IMG/VR virus record: IMGVR_UViG_3300048438_000153
Span: 211,103-275,102 of that record
Strand: one strand, 5' to 3'
Length of the DNA stretch: 64,000 nt
Below, one piece after another: positions 46,954 through 56,310 of the stretch. Under the pieces are notes generated by a model. It saw nothing but the letters and a program-made list of their open reading frames with translations, had not been told where the DNA came from and did no database searches. How positions within the stretch are numbered: position 1 is the stretch's first letter; each line of letters starts with the position of its first letter. Position numbers and translations under genes: made by a program.

Positions 46954-47132
46954 GATATTGGCTCGGCTCTGTGATCCATAACTGCATCGCACACCCACTC
47001 ATCCCTTTCTTACCCGATTCATGGGGAGATCGCTTCCATGATTGGACTGCTCAGTTCATGGACGGATCGCCTTACTACGAGACTGAAGATGAGTGTGTAC
47101 TCACTAAGATTGAGAAAGAAGATTCGCTTTGA
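46950..47132 (+). CDS. Small hypothetical protein
   Basis: ATGA-coupled start; IHNCIAHPL...RFHDWTA. Confidence 0.65.
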   Translation: MRYWLGSVIHNCIAHPLIPFLPDSWGDRFHDWTAQFMDGSPYYETEDECVLTKIEKEDSL

Positions 47133-47608
47133 AGTACGCCTTTAATGAGGATGGGAAAACGATCATCGTCTCTAGGGAAGAGATCGAGTTTCTCGTCACT
47201 AAGAATGACATGACAGAAGAAGAGAAAGAGCGCGCCGTCTTTGACTATCTCAACGAAGTCAACGCCTCCGTCTACTCAGATATTACTTTCAATGAGTATC
47301 AAGATTTCACTAAGCAAACCGCTATCTACCCTCAAAGCAGAGCCCTTGAGTATCTGTGTTTAGGGCTCGCATCTGAAGCGGGTGAAGTAGCGGGGAAACT
47401 TAAGAAGATCATCCGAGATGAAGACGGTCAAGTGAGCCCCACAACCCGATCTCAAATGGTAAAGGAAATCGGTGATGTCCTTTGGTACTGCGCTCGCTTC
47501 GTAGATGAGCTCGGCGGTTCTCTTTCTGAAGTAGCGGAGCTGAACATGGATAAGCTCATCAGCCGAAAGAACAGGGAAGTTCTAGGTGGCTCAGGAGACG
47601 ACCGATAA
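47129..47608 (+). CDS. MazG-like nucleotide pyrophosphohydrolase
   Basis: LGLASEAGEVAGKLKK..KEIGDVLWY..N.DKL..R. Confidence 0.9.
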   Translation: MKYAFNEDGKTIIVSREEIEFLVTKNDMTEEEKERAVFDYLNEVNASVYSDITFNEYQDFTKQTAIYPQSRALEYLCLGLASEAGEVAGKLKKIIRDEDGQVSPTTRSQMVKEIGDVLWYCARFVDELGGSLSEVAELNMDKLISRKNREVLGGSGDDR

Positions 47609-47614
47609 AACGAG

Positions 47615-47666
47615 AAAGGGGGGCTTGCTAGGCATTTCTAAAAGACCACCCAACAAGCCCCCCTTT
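47615..47666. terminator. Bidirectional terminator-like inverted repeat between convergent genes
   Basis: AAAGGGGGGCTTG ... CAAGCCCCCCTTT. Confidence 0.65.
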
Positions 47667-47702
47667 AGAGCTTAAGAAAAGCTCCTGTCAGAGACAATGA
47701 TC

Positions 47703-50700
47703 TCAGTAGAGGCTGAGCGCCTCGTCGATCTCTGCGTCAGTCATATCGTCATCCTCGATGGTGACATCCTCTGAAAGAATCTCAAGGGCTGTCGCGAGCT
47801 TCGTTGAACCCGTCTTAGAGCCACAATCAAGACCCATCTTCCCGATGAACTCTGAAGGCTCAAGCTCCTCTCCCTTTTCATTCTGCTCGTAAGAAAGAAC
47901 CGTGACGCTCTTCATACCGCGAGTGACTGCGACGTAGGCGAGCTTCTGCTCTTGTTCTGCTTTATCAGCCTGAGCCTGAGCTTCGTTAGCGTGGATGATA
48001 GGGTCGAAATCCACTTTGTCTGAGGGGAACTTGCCTTCGATCATCGGGACGTAAAGGTTCGGAACTTCAAGACCCTTCCAACCGTGAACGGTGTCGAGGA
48101 CAACAGCATCCTCATCGCTCTTGGCGAACCCTCTCTTAGCCTTGCTCTTCATGACCTTAATCTTATCAAGAGCTTCTTGGACGCTCTCATGCTTATTGAA
48201 GAGAGATCGCAGAGAAGGGAGAGGAGCAAGGTTGTACTCTTCAGGGTCGCCTTGACTGTCGCCTTCAGATTCGACGCTCGGCTCAATTTCACCGCCTCCG
48301 TCAGAAACCATCTTGCTAAGGTACTCCGTGTCAGAAGCCTTCACCTTTGAAGCGAGGATTTCATGGAGTTTCTTTCCATTAGGTCCTTCTACATAGAAGT
48401 CTTCGTCTCCCTCATAGATGGGCTTATATCCGAGAGCGATGTCGAAAGCCTCTTTAGGTCTAGCCGTACCCTCACCACCCCAATGAGCAAGCATCTCCAA
48501 ATACTTAAAAATCTCGTTCTTCTTCTTATCTTTAGAATCAATGCCAAGAGCTTCTAAAAGGGTGTAGAAGTTATCTTCTTGACCCTCGTCAACTTGATCC
48601 ATGATATGATCAGGCAGATCTTCAACTTTTACTTTAAAAGAGTCAGCCACTTTTCCGAGCGTCTTTCCGTTGAAAGAGCTTGGGAAGTCGTACCCGAAAT
48701 CTCTCCATGAGTTGAAGAGAGCACTCATTCTGAGAGAAACGTCTGAGCTTGACGCGCCCATTACTCTGATGATTGACTTTGTAGAGGTGTGGTTGAAGGG
48801 ATCTACGCCTGATACGAAAGGGATGTCTTGCTCAAGTAAAGCGAGGGCGTATGGGATGACCTCAGCGTTGGTTCGGCAAGCGATACCGAAATCGCTAGGT
48901 GTGCTCGTCTGAACACTACTAGTGATAGCTGTCTTAATGTCTGAAGCGAGGCTACGAGCAGACTCATTCGCGTTCTTCTTTCTTTCGTGCTTAATAGAGT
49001 CTTGACTACCCTTGAAAGAAGCGACGCAAGAAAGCCCTAGACCCTTACTCGCGAGTCGGTTGGCTGCGCTGACAATGTTCTCACCTGAGCGGAAGTTAAG
49101 CCCGATAGACATAAGATCGAAAGAGCCTTGATTAGTCTTAGACTTACTCGTGAACTCTTGTGAGGTCGCGCCTCGGAAGCCGTAGATACTCTGATTCTCA
49201 TCGCCGATGAGAGTGAAGCTCGTACCCTGAGTCGCTACAGGGGCTTTCACAGGAACAGGCTTAGAGTTAGAACCCTTAGCTGAGTATGTTCCCGCAATCA
49301 TGCCGAAGAAAGCGTGCTGGACAAGGTTCAAGTCTTGAGCTTCGTCAACAATGATGTGCTTGTATTGAGCGCGGATCTCATCAAGGTTTTTCTTATAAGA
49401 AAGAAGCCTCGTAGCTTTGATCAGAACATCGTCGAAGTCCATTCGGTCGTCAATGTTTAAGAGATGCTGATAAGCACCATAGACTCTCGCTTGCATCTCA
49501 AAGAGATCACCCTTACCTGAGACTTTTACCCAAGCCTCAGAAGGGGATAGCATACGCGCCTTACATTTAGTAATGAAGAGCTGACATTTCTTAGCTGAAG
49601 GGATCTTAATCTCAGCCCCTTGACTTCCCATCCCCATGATGCCCCACCAAGCAGACTCAGTAGATGCTTTCTTTCCTTTCTTCTCCACTGCACTAGGGAA
49701 AGAATAAGAGTCGATTTTCTCTTGGTTTCCGCCGAAAGCTCTCGCCAAGATTTTCTCGCCTCTCGACGTTTTCAAGATAGAGTCAATGAGGCTGACGTTC
49801 TCGGTAGTTACGCTCCCTACTCCGTTTTTCTTATAGCTCTCTCTAATACCCAAGACGACAGAAGACACGTTTTCTTTCTCGTATCCTTTCTCCTCACGCC
49901 AATTCTCAACGGTGTAGATCATAGAAAGAACACGGATGTCGTCTCTTTCTGCACTCGCACTCATTGGAGTCATCTTCTCAGACCAAAAGCTATCACTCTT
50001 AGGTCTTGAGCCTGAATTGGGCGTGTCTTTCGCGAGCTTAACTGCTCTCTGTACGAAAGAAAGAAGATCGTACTCATCAACTATTTTCTTAACTCCCGCA
50101 GAAGGGTCAAAGCGGTTGATAAACTCAATCGCAATTGAGTGAGTGGTGCGCCCAATCGTAGTGTACTCAATGTTCTTGAGTGATCTACCTACGGCGTCCT
50201 CGATCTTTTTCTTAAGGTCACTAGCAGACTTCCTAGAGAAAGAACAAGCAAGGATAGAGTAAGGGTCTGCTCCCTTGTCTTTGATGAGGTGAGCTACCTT
50301 ACCTGAGAGAACACGGGTCTTACCTGATCCCGCGCCCGCAGAAATGATAGTCATCCCGTCAGAAAGCATCGCGTCCTCTTGCTCTCTCGTAAGACCTAGA
50401 TCGCCACCGATATCAGTTTTATGCTCAGCGTCTGTGACGAGAACCTTAGCCTCATTCAAGACCTTGATAACCTCTACGATAGAGCTATCTAGATTGCCCT
50501 CAGTCTGCGCCTCTTCGATAAGGTTGTTCTGCTCTCTAAGAATCTCGGGGAGAGAAGCTCCGCTTTCCCTATTCTCTTTGAGAGACTTAAGTAGACCCCG
50601 AACCTCGGCAGATTCGCTCGCAGTCTTCGCAGGAGAGCCATACGCTTCGGCTACTTTCTGCATGGACTTGATTAAGGCTTTAGACCTTCCATCGGGAGGA

Positions 50701-51353
50701 GTCTTAGTGCTGACGTTAACGATATCTGTTAAAGTTGGCGCATCGGTCAATGAGCGAAGCTCTTTCACCCTAGCGTTGTCGAAAACGTCTTTGACCTCTT
50801 GAAGATCAGTGTTTTTAATCTTATTGAGCGTCACATGAGTTGCCCTCGCAGCGTATGCGATTTCTCTCACATTGTTCAGATTTCCTCTGACGGTCTTGAG
50901 GAGGCGACTGATCTGTGTTCTCGCGCTGTTGTTACTAATGGCGCTGATGAGGTCTCTTTGAACATCGAAAAACACGTTGTGCTGTACGTCGAGCTTCTTA
51001 ATGCTATCTTGAAGATCAGAAACCGCCTCAGAAAGAGATGGGTCAGGGTTGTTGTGTGAAGCAACAATCGCATCGTAGTAAACTTTAAGAGACTTGACGA
51101 TAAGCACCATTCTCTTCTGCTGATTCTGATCAACTTTGGTAGGCTTGGGCATACTCTTGAGAGATTTGATCTGAGCCTTGTTCAGACCAACCTCTAATCT
51201 AAGAGTGTTTTCGCCTGTGACACCTTTCTCAAGGAGAGCGTATGCCGACTCGATTGAGTCAATCATGCGGTATTCAATGGCATCTTCGATCAACCTAATG
51301 GCGGTTATGTAGTTTTCGCGGTTCGTAGCCGCTTCTTTCTTAAGATTGGACAT
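47703..51353 (-). CDS. UvrD/PcrA-like SF1A helicase with a ~310-aa N-terminal extension
   Basis: SAGAGSGKT, TTHS, VDEAQD, IGDENQSIYGFRGA, NFRS, RTN, TVHGWKGLE, AYVAVTRG. Confidence 0.92.
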   Translation of the reverse strand: MSNLKKEAATNRENYITAIRLIEDAIEYRMIDSIESAYALLEKGVTGENTLRLEVGLNKAQIKSLKSMPKPTKVDQNQQKRMVLIVKSLKVYYDAIVASHNNPDPSLSEAVSDLQDSIKKLDVQHNVFFDVQRDLISAISNNSARTQISRLLKTVRGNLNNVREIAYAARATHVTLNKIKNTDLQEVKDVFDNARVKELRSLTDAPTLTDIVNVSTKTPPDGRSKALIKSMQKVAEAYGSPAKTASESAEVRGLLKSLKENRESGASLPEILREQNNLIEEAQTEGNLDSSIVEVIKVLNEAKVLVTDAEHKTDIGGDLGLTREQEDAMLSDGMTIISAGAGSGKTRVLSGKVAHLIKDKGADPYSILACSFSRKSASDLKKKIEDAVGRSLKNIEYTTIGRTTHSIAIEFINRFDPSAGVKKIVDEYDLLSFVQRAVKLAKDTPNSGSRPKSDSFWSEKMTPMSASAERDDIRVLSMIYTVENWREEKGYEKENVSSVVLGIRESYKKNGVGSVTTENVSLIDSILKTSRGEKILARAFGGNQEKIDSYSFPSAVEKKGKKASTESAWWGIMGMGSQGAEIKIPSAKKCQLFITKCKARMLSPSEAWVKVSGKGDLFEMQARVYGAYQHLLNIDDRMDFDDVLIKATRLLSYKKNLDEIRAQYKHIIVDEAQDLNLVQHAFFGMIAGTYSAKGSNSKPVPVKAPVATQGTSFTLIGDENQSIYGFRGATSQEFTSKSKTNQGSFDLMSIGLNFRSGENIVSAANRLASKGLGLSCVASFKGSQDSIKHERKKNANESARSLASDIKTAITSSVQTSTPSDFGIACRTNAEVIPYALALLEQDIPFVSGVDPFNHTSTKSIIRVMGASSSDVSLRMSALFNSWRDFGYDFPSSFNGKTLGKVADSFKVKVEDLPDHIMDQVDEGQEDNFYTLLEALGIDSKDKKKNEIFKYLEMLAHWGGEGTARPKEAFDIALGYKPIYEGDEDFYVEGPNGKKLHEILASKVKASDTEYLSKMVSDGGGEIEPSVESEGDSQGDPEEYNLAPLPSLRSLFNKHESVQEALDKIKVMKSKAKRGFAKSDEDAVVLDTVHGWKGLEVPNLYVPMIEGKFPSDKVDFDPIIHANEAQAQADKAEQEQKLAYVAVTRGMKSVTVLSYEQNEKGEELEPSEFIGKMGLDCGSKTGSTKLATALEILSEDVTIEDDDMTDAEIDEALSLY

Positions 51354-51404
51354 ACAGCGCCCCTCGCTTTCTTATTTCAAGATAGGTTCTATTCAACCAA
51401 CTCC

Positions 51405-51416
51405 ATAAAGAGACTA
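51405..51416 (-). promoter_or_regulatory. Putative late promoter TA-N5-TTTAT (TAGTCTCTTTAT)
   Basis: 52 nt upstream of the UvrD-like start. Confidence 0.6.
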
Positions 51417-51493
51417 TCACCACTTCAAACGCGGATAAGAATCGGTAAAGTGGTTATAGTGCTCTTAGAGAAAACTCCCCAACAAAGAGGACT

Positions 51494-51739
51494 ATGATCA
51501 TGAATGAGAAAGACATTGAAGAGGCGAGCCTGGTGTTTCTCGTCATAGACGAAGAAGGCAACCTCATCTCCGTTCAGAATGAGATCCATAAAATGACTGA
51601 AAAACAGCACGAAATGTTTACGAGAGTAATCGCCGTACACAAACCCTCTTTCGTCCTGTTTTTCTTTCTCAAAGTAGAGCTTCTCTTCGACATCTTATCG
51701 GAAAAAATCTTAAACATTTTCGAGGACAGATTTAAATGA
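51494..51739 (+). CDS. Hypothetical protein
   Basis: GAGGA RBS; coupled to the next gene. Confidence 0.6.
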   Translation: MIMNEKDIEEASLVFLVIDEEGNLISVQNEIHKMTEKQHEMFTRVIAVHKPSFVLFFFLKVELLFDILSEKILNIFEDRFK

Positions 51740-52290
51740 AACAAGTGATTCTAATCAGAGGCTTATCAGGGTCGGGAAAGACGACTCTAGCTGAGACAAT
51801 CGTTTCGGGTAATGACAACTCAGGCGAGGTGTGCGCCGACGATTTCTTTCTAGACGAAGAGGGCAACTATCACTTCGACTTTAAGAAGATCAAGGAATCC
51901 CACGCTTGGTGTCAGTCAGAAACGAGAGAGATGATGGAAGATGGCCTTGAGGTCATTGTCGTACACAACACCTTTAAACAACAGTGGGAAGCAACGCCCT
52001 ACTTTGATCTCGCGAAAGAATACTCTTACGAGGTTCAAGTTGTCTCTCTTTATGATGGAGGACTAAGCAATGGAGATCTCGCGAAGAGGTGTGTTCATGG
52101 TCTGAATCCGCGTCAGATTAACGATCAAAGAGGGAAGTGGGATCTCAACGTCCACCCTCACAGAAAGAACCGACCTCGCGCTCCGAAGAATATGTTCATG
52201 TATGGGTGGAATATGCCTCCATATCCGCATTTCCCTCCTCATCAGAATGACCCGAGACAATGGCGATCAAAGTCGGGCAGAGACTACTGA
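51736..52290 (+). CDS. P-loop kinase (AAA_33/N4BP2-like polynucleotide kinase)
   Basis: IRGLSGSGKTT, ADDFF, SHAWCQ, VVHNTF, RCVHG. Confidence 0.85.
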   Translation: MKQVILIRGLSGSGKTTLAETIVSGNDNSGEVCADDFFLDEEGNYHFDFKKIKESHAWCQSETREMMEDGLEVIVVHNTFKQQWEATPYFDLAKEYSYEVQVVSLYDGGLSNGDLAKRCVHGLNPRQINDQRGKWDLNVHPHRKNRPRAPKNMFMYGWNMPPYPHFPPHQNDPRQWRSKSGRDY

Positions 52291-52691
52291 CCTCATCTTT
52301 AGAGGAAGTCTTAGTCTTACAAGTGGAAGAAAGAAACTTTCTCGTGTCCTGTAAGAAAAGAGCTTTTCCTCTAAGCCCGTATGAAATCTATGGGGTAATC
52401 TTAGACGTGAACGCGCCCGAGACAGAAGATGTGGGTCATGTTCAGTTGAGCGTGGGGGAAACAAAAAAAGCCCACACCACTTTCCGAAAAAGTGGTGTGG
52501 GCTTATTTCGTTTTGGGGCTAGAGCCTCTTGGACTGTTGACGTAGGTGGGGCTGAGCTTAATATCAGAGGCTTTGTCTTAAGGGACAACCCCTACCTCAC
52601 GCTACTCTCGGAGCTAGGGGTGAGTAAGCCCGAGAGAACGTGGGTTGTCCCTACACACCTATTAGAACCCTGTCTTAATGTTGACGACTAG
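52260..52691 (+). CDS. Hypothetical protein
   Basis: 143-aa ORF. Confidence 0.55.
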   Translation: MAIKVGQRLLTSSLEEVLVLQVEERNFLVSCKKRAFPLSPYEIYGVILDVNAPETEDVGHVQLSVGETKKAHTTFRKSGVGLFRFGARASWTVDVGGAELNIRGFVLRDNPYLTLLSELGVSKPERTWVVPTHLLEPCLNVDD

Positions 52692-53607
52692 GCTCGTAGA
52701 GACAAGGAATCAGGCGGTCGGTGAAGTAGCTCACAGCTTGGTAAAACTGCTCCTCGCTCATAGGGATTCCACGCGGAGAACCTGCAATACCCTGATGGCC
52801 TCCTGCCTCATCTCCCCAAAGCTCTTGAACAATTTCTCTACATGAGAAACCCTCAATGGGTTCGGCGAGACTTACAGAGATTGATCTCCATTTCTCATTG
52901 TAAGTGACAACTGCGATACCTCTTACTCCATCAGGGTCAGAGTATAAGTGGTTGCAGAAGTCTCCATCAGGCGATCTTCGGATCACCACCGAGAGGGGTG
53001 TCATGTACTGAAAGGTCTTAAGATTCAGATCTCGCTCACCCTGAACAAACCCTAAACCCTTTTCATAGTTGCTTCCCTCAAAGGGAGAAGAAAGGGCGTC
53101 AGAAATGTAGTTAGAAATAGAACTGACGAAAGAACTGACCTCAAGGTTGTGGTCTTTAGGGAACTGAGGGCGTGTGTCCTTGATTTCTTTCTGAATGCCC
53201 ATCAAGCAGAAATAGTAAGGGTCTTTCTCATCGAGAGAGTGTACTCCATCAACATCGCATTTCTCAGCCAAGTCCCAAAAATCACTGTGATCAGAGAAAG
53301 ACGAGTTGTAGAGACCTGTCGCTCTCATCAGACCGCCGATAGTGTCGAGGTCGAGGTGGGAAATCAAAGCGACCTCATCGTCCGAGAGAACAGGAATATT
53401 CTTATCATTACAGGGCGCGGGTCGGCCTTCGGGGTGGAGGTGTCTCCCCACATAGTCTGAACCCACAGGCTGATGGTGGGCAGCGGTATAGCGAGTTCCC
53501 TCGCACACGAACGCGCCGTACTCAGCTTCTACAGTCAAAGAGGGAGGTTTATCGAGGCTCAGGGTGTCTGATGCGAGTTGAGCAGTGGGTGAGAGAATGA
53601 CGATCAT
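52675..53607 (-). CDS. DHH/DHHA1-like hydrolase-fold hypothetical protein
   Basis: AAHH, SHLDLDT, GGH.GIAGSPR. Confidence 0.55.
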   Translation of the reverse strand: MIVILSPTAQLASDTLSLDKPPSLTVEAEYGAFVCEGTRYTAAHHQPVGSDYVGRHLHPEGRPAPCNDKNIPVLSDDEVALISHLDLDTIGGLMRATGLYNSSFSDHSDFWDLAEKCDVDGVHSLDEKDPYYFCLMGIQKEIKDTRPQFPKDHNLEVSSFVSSISNYISDALSSPFEGSNYEKGLGFVQGERDLNLKTFQYMTPLSVVIRRSPDGDFCNHLYSDPDGVRGIAVVTYNEKWRSISVSLAEPIEGFSCREIVQELWGDEAGGHQGIAGSPRGIPMSEEQFYQAVSYFTDRLIPCLYEPSRQH

Positions 53608-53667
53608 TATTCAATAACCTTTCTATAAAATCGGTGGGTTAGTCTTATATCGTAAAAGGAGTTTCGC

Positions 53668-54321
53668 ATGAACAGAAATCAAATGATAAGAATCGCTCAT
53701 CAAAACCCCCACATGAGGGAGCAGGTTCTTCGTATTATTCAAGCTACAGACAGAGTTGCATCAGCGATAGATCGAGCTGAAGGGCTTCTTATGAAAGAAG
53801 CATCCAAGGGGTTACCGATCTCTAAGCTTTTAAGATATGCTCAGTCAGGTATCTTCATCGTCTCAGCTTACCGCAATCAGTTCTCACGCAAGCAGAACAA
53901 AGAAAGAAACGAAGAGCTCAGGCAGATGATTCTTTCTCTCGGCGTCCCTGTCAGTAAGATTGTTAAGCTCAAGTCTCAATGGCTTGAGGAAAACTCGGAC
54001 GTACCGACTCAGGAGCAGAGCTTTGCAATCCTCGCCCCTGTCTCATGGGCAGACGCGCTCAGAATCTCAAACCACTTCGAGCAAGACGGCTTCATTTGGT
54101 CTAGCTCAACAAACCCTCTCGCTATGTATGAGCAGACAGGGAAAGTCACTTTCGCTGTAGATAAAGATATGGCAACTCAGATTAGTCTGAGCAGTGCGAA
54201 AGACCTCTATTCTAGAGGTCGAGGTGGCTCTTTCGACATCGGCTTCAATTGGAACAACCCTCTTGATTGGAATCGCACAAGCCCTATCAAGACCTCAGAC
54301 ATCTTGGCGGTTGCTAGTTAA
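53668..54321 (+). CDS. DUF3293-like protein with an IRIAHQNP leader
   Basis: IVSAYR..QNKERNEEL..W.E..EQSF..FEQDGFIW; near-consensus late motif at 53639-53650. Confidence 0.6.
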   Translation: MNRNQMIRIAHQNPHMREQVLRIIQATDRVASAIDRAEGLLMKEASKGLPISKLLRYAQSGIFIVSAYRNQFSRKQNKERNEELRQMILSLGVPVSKIVKLKSQWLEENSDVPTQEQSFAILAPVSWADALRISNHFEQDGFIWSSSTNPLAMYEQTGKVTFAVDKDMATQISLSSAKDLYSRGRGGSFDIGFNWNNPLDWNRTSPIKTSDILAVAS

Positions 54322-54637
54322 TCTGAGGCTTCGCCCAACCACTGTGGTCAAGAGATTCAACGCCCTCTCTCCATTTGTCGTTGCGAAAGAACTCTTTGCG
54401 AAGCTCTGCTTTCTTCTTCATTAAGATATTGTCGAACTTAAGTGGGTCGGTAGCTTCAGAGAGCCTTGCGCTCGCCTCCTCCCGACCGTACTTGAGCGCG
54501 ATCATGTTGAGCATGAGAGCTGTGGGCGTAGTGCCTCTCTCGGGGAACTTAGTGTTAAAGTCAGCCTTAGCTTGGCGTAAAGCCTCTAGGCGCTCTTTAC
54601 GGTTCTTTCTTCTTGCTCTGCTGTTTCGTCTACTCAT
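54314..54637 (-). CDS. Basic hypothetical protein
   Basis: AGGAGG RBS. Confidence 0.7.
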   Translation of the reverse strand: MSRRNSRARRKNRKERLEALRQAKADFNTKFPERGTTPTALMLNMIALKYGREEASARLSEATDPLKFDNILMKKKAELRKEFFRNDKWREGVESLDHSGWAKPQIN

Positions 54638-54653
54638 CGTTTCCTCCTGATTC

Positions 54654-54809
54654 TTAAAGCTGTATCTCGATCACTCGCTTTGGTTCGCGCTTGGTTTCTT
54701 TCTTCGGGCGCTCTATCGGTGGCGGTGGTATTTCAAGGTAAACCCTGTGATCCTCCTCCACCTCTCTCTGTTGACGCTCCTCCACTCTTTCAATGATAGA
54801 GATGCCCAT
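54654..54809 (-). CDS. 51-aa hypothetical protein (below the track cutoff)
   Basis: MGISIIERVEERQQREVEEDHRVYLEIPPPPIERPKKETKREPKRVIEIQL; AGGAG RBS. Confidence 0.7.
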   Translation of the reverse strand: MGISIIERVEERQQREVEEDHRVYLEIPPPPIERPKKETKREPKRVIEIQL

Positions 54810-54867
54810 CTTCTTTCTCCTATAGGTGGTCGGTTTCTTAAAGTGTAACTGTCCGAAACGGATTCGG

Positions 54868-55245
54868 TCAAACTTGAAGCTCGGGGGATCTGTTTAAACT
54901 ATTCTTTCTCAGAGTCTGCGTAGCTTTCTCTTTCCAGCCCCACACGTCTTCTATCTTGAGGTTCTTGAGCTTCTCCGCCGACTTGTCCCCTAAGTAAGAC
55001 TTGATATCCTTGTTTCTATGCGCTCGAAAGTAAGAGAAGCTCAGTCCATAGGTGACCCCCTGACCCTCAATGTCATGGACAAAAACCGCTAGATATTCTT
55101 GATAATCAGGGTACTCCCACCAACTTCCTTCAGGCTTGACCCACAAAGAAACGCCTTGCGGTAAGTCTTTAGCGTAGGGGATGCGGAAGTAGCCTCCTCT
55201 GTAGAGATCTTTCTTAACATCTATCATCACGGCCACCCCCCTCAA
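54868..55245 (-). CDS. Hypothetical protein
   Basis: ORF in the leftward early-type cluster. Confidence 0.6.
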   Translation of the reverse strand: MRGVAVMIDVKKDLYRGGYFRIPYAKDLPQGVSLWVKPEGSWWEYPDYQEYLAVFVHDIEGQGVTYGLSFSYFRAHRNKDIKSYLGDKSAEKLKNLKIEDVWGWKEKATQTLRKNSLNRSPELQV

Positions 55246-55691
55246 GTACAGTCCAACTCAAGTTGATCTCTCTTAAAGGCTTTCCAAAGAGCCTCCTCGA
55301 TGCCCTTGATGTAGGGCGCGGAGTCGTTAAGAGTCGATTTAACCCACTTAGTGCGGATACGGACTCGACCCTCTCCCTCAAGGATTGCTCTGATCTTCAA
55401 GATCTCGCTCTCGACGTCCATGCGAACCTCAGAAAACAAGGTGTACTTGACCGTCTCTTTCCGACCTACGAACATCACCTCTTTCTTTGTGAGCGTAACC
55501 ATCCGACCACCTTTTGACGGGTTCTGACGATACTCTGAAGTCGAGTAAACCTCGTCGTATCCGAACTCGTTGAGTAGTGGGTCGGCTACTCCGTTAAGTA
55601 GCCTAAAGCAGTGCTCTTGTTTCTGTGTAAGGTTGTTCATGCTTACTCTCCTAAAAGGGGAATCGACCCCCCTCTCTTCAAATGCCTTCAT
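55242..55691 (-). CDS. Hypothetical protein (alternative start at 55640)
   Basis: RBS before both ATGs. Confidence 0.65.
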   Translation of the reverse strand: MKAFEERGVDSPFRRVSMNNLTQKQEHCFRLLNGVADPLLNEFGYDEVYSTSEYRQNPSKGGRMVTLTKKEVMFVGRKETVKYTLFSEVRMDVESEILKIRAILEGEGRVRIRTKWVKSTLNDSAPYIKGIEEALWKAFKRDQLELDCT

Positions 55692-55714
55692 CTTTACCTC
55701 CTTCTAACACATAT

Positions 55715-55745
55715 CCCAAACCCGATACCTCACCAATACCTCAAC
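55715..55745 (-). promoter_or_regulatory. Early-region repeated motif, copy 1 (GAGGTATTGGTGAGG...GGTTTGGG)
   Basis: One of five intergenic copies. Confidence 0.7.
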
Positions 55746-55747
55746 TC

Positions 55748-56149
55748 CTACTTTTGTCTCATTTTTAATAGTTCCCGAGTGATTTCAAGAGCTTGGTCTT
55801 CTTTATTAGGGTTCTTGTCGGGATGACAGAAGCTAATCAGCTTCTTTAAGAAGGATGGGCTCAAGATGATCTGACTCATCGCCTCCTCTACGTTACTCTG
55901 AGACTCTAGCAAGTCCATCTTGAGCCTGTGAGCCTCTTCTTCAAGGTCTTTCACTCTCTCCCTCAAGTGAGTCATCTCTGATGAAGATCCCTCAATCAGA
56001 AGACCCTGTATGATCTTCTGAAGCTCGAAGTATTTCTCGTCACTCTTATTCCTCTCCCAACCGTTGATCTCTTTCCAACAGTCGTAACAGTGGGCGTAAG
56101 GTGAACTCTCCATCGGGTAGGCGCACCGATCACAGTGTTGTATCTCCAT
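55748..56149 (-). CDS. Zn-finger and coiled-coil protein with a C-terminal J-domain-like HPD motif
   Basis: CDRC...CYDC; KKLISFCHPDKNP...ITRELLK. Confidence 0.65.
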   Translation of the reverse strand: MEIQHCDRCAYPMESSPYAHCYDCWKEINGWERNKSDEKYFELQKIIQGLLIEGSSSEMTHLRERVKDLEEEAHRLKMDLLESQSNVEEAMSQIILSPSFLKKLISFCHPDKNPNKEDQALEITRELLKMRQK

Positions 56150-56161
56150 CAGGTTTCTTTC

Positions 56162-56299
56162 TTAATACAAAGCTAGGATCGTCTCAACTACCGCGCAAAC
56201 CACTAAAATAAATTTCACTAATAGTGAGAGATCATACTTTCCCACCTTATGGAAATGAAACGAGAGAAAGATGATGAACACAAGCGTGAGATAAAGCAT
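56162..56299 (-). CDS. Small membrane protein (45 aa)
   Basis: MLYLTLVFIIFLSFHFHKVGKYDLSLLVKFILVVCAVVETILALY. Confidence 0.5.
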   Translation of the reverse strand: MLYLTLVFIIFLSFHFHKVGKYDLSLLVKFILVVCAVVETILALY

Positions 56300-56310
56300 A
56301 GCGATCACTC

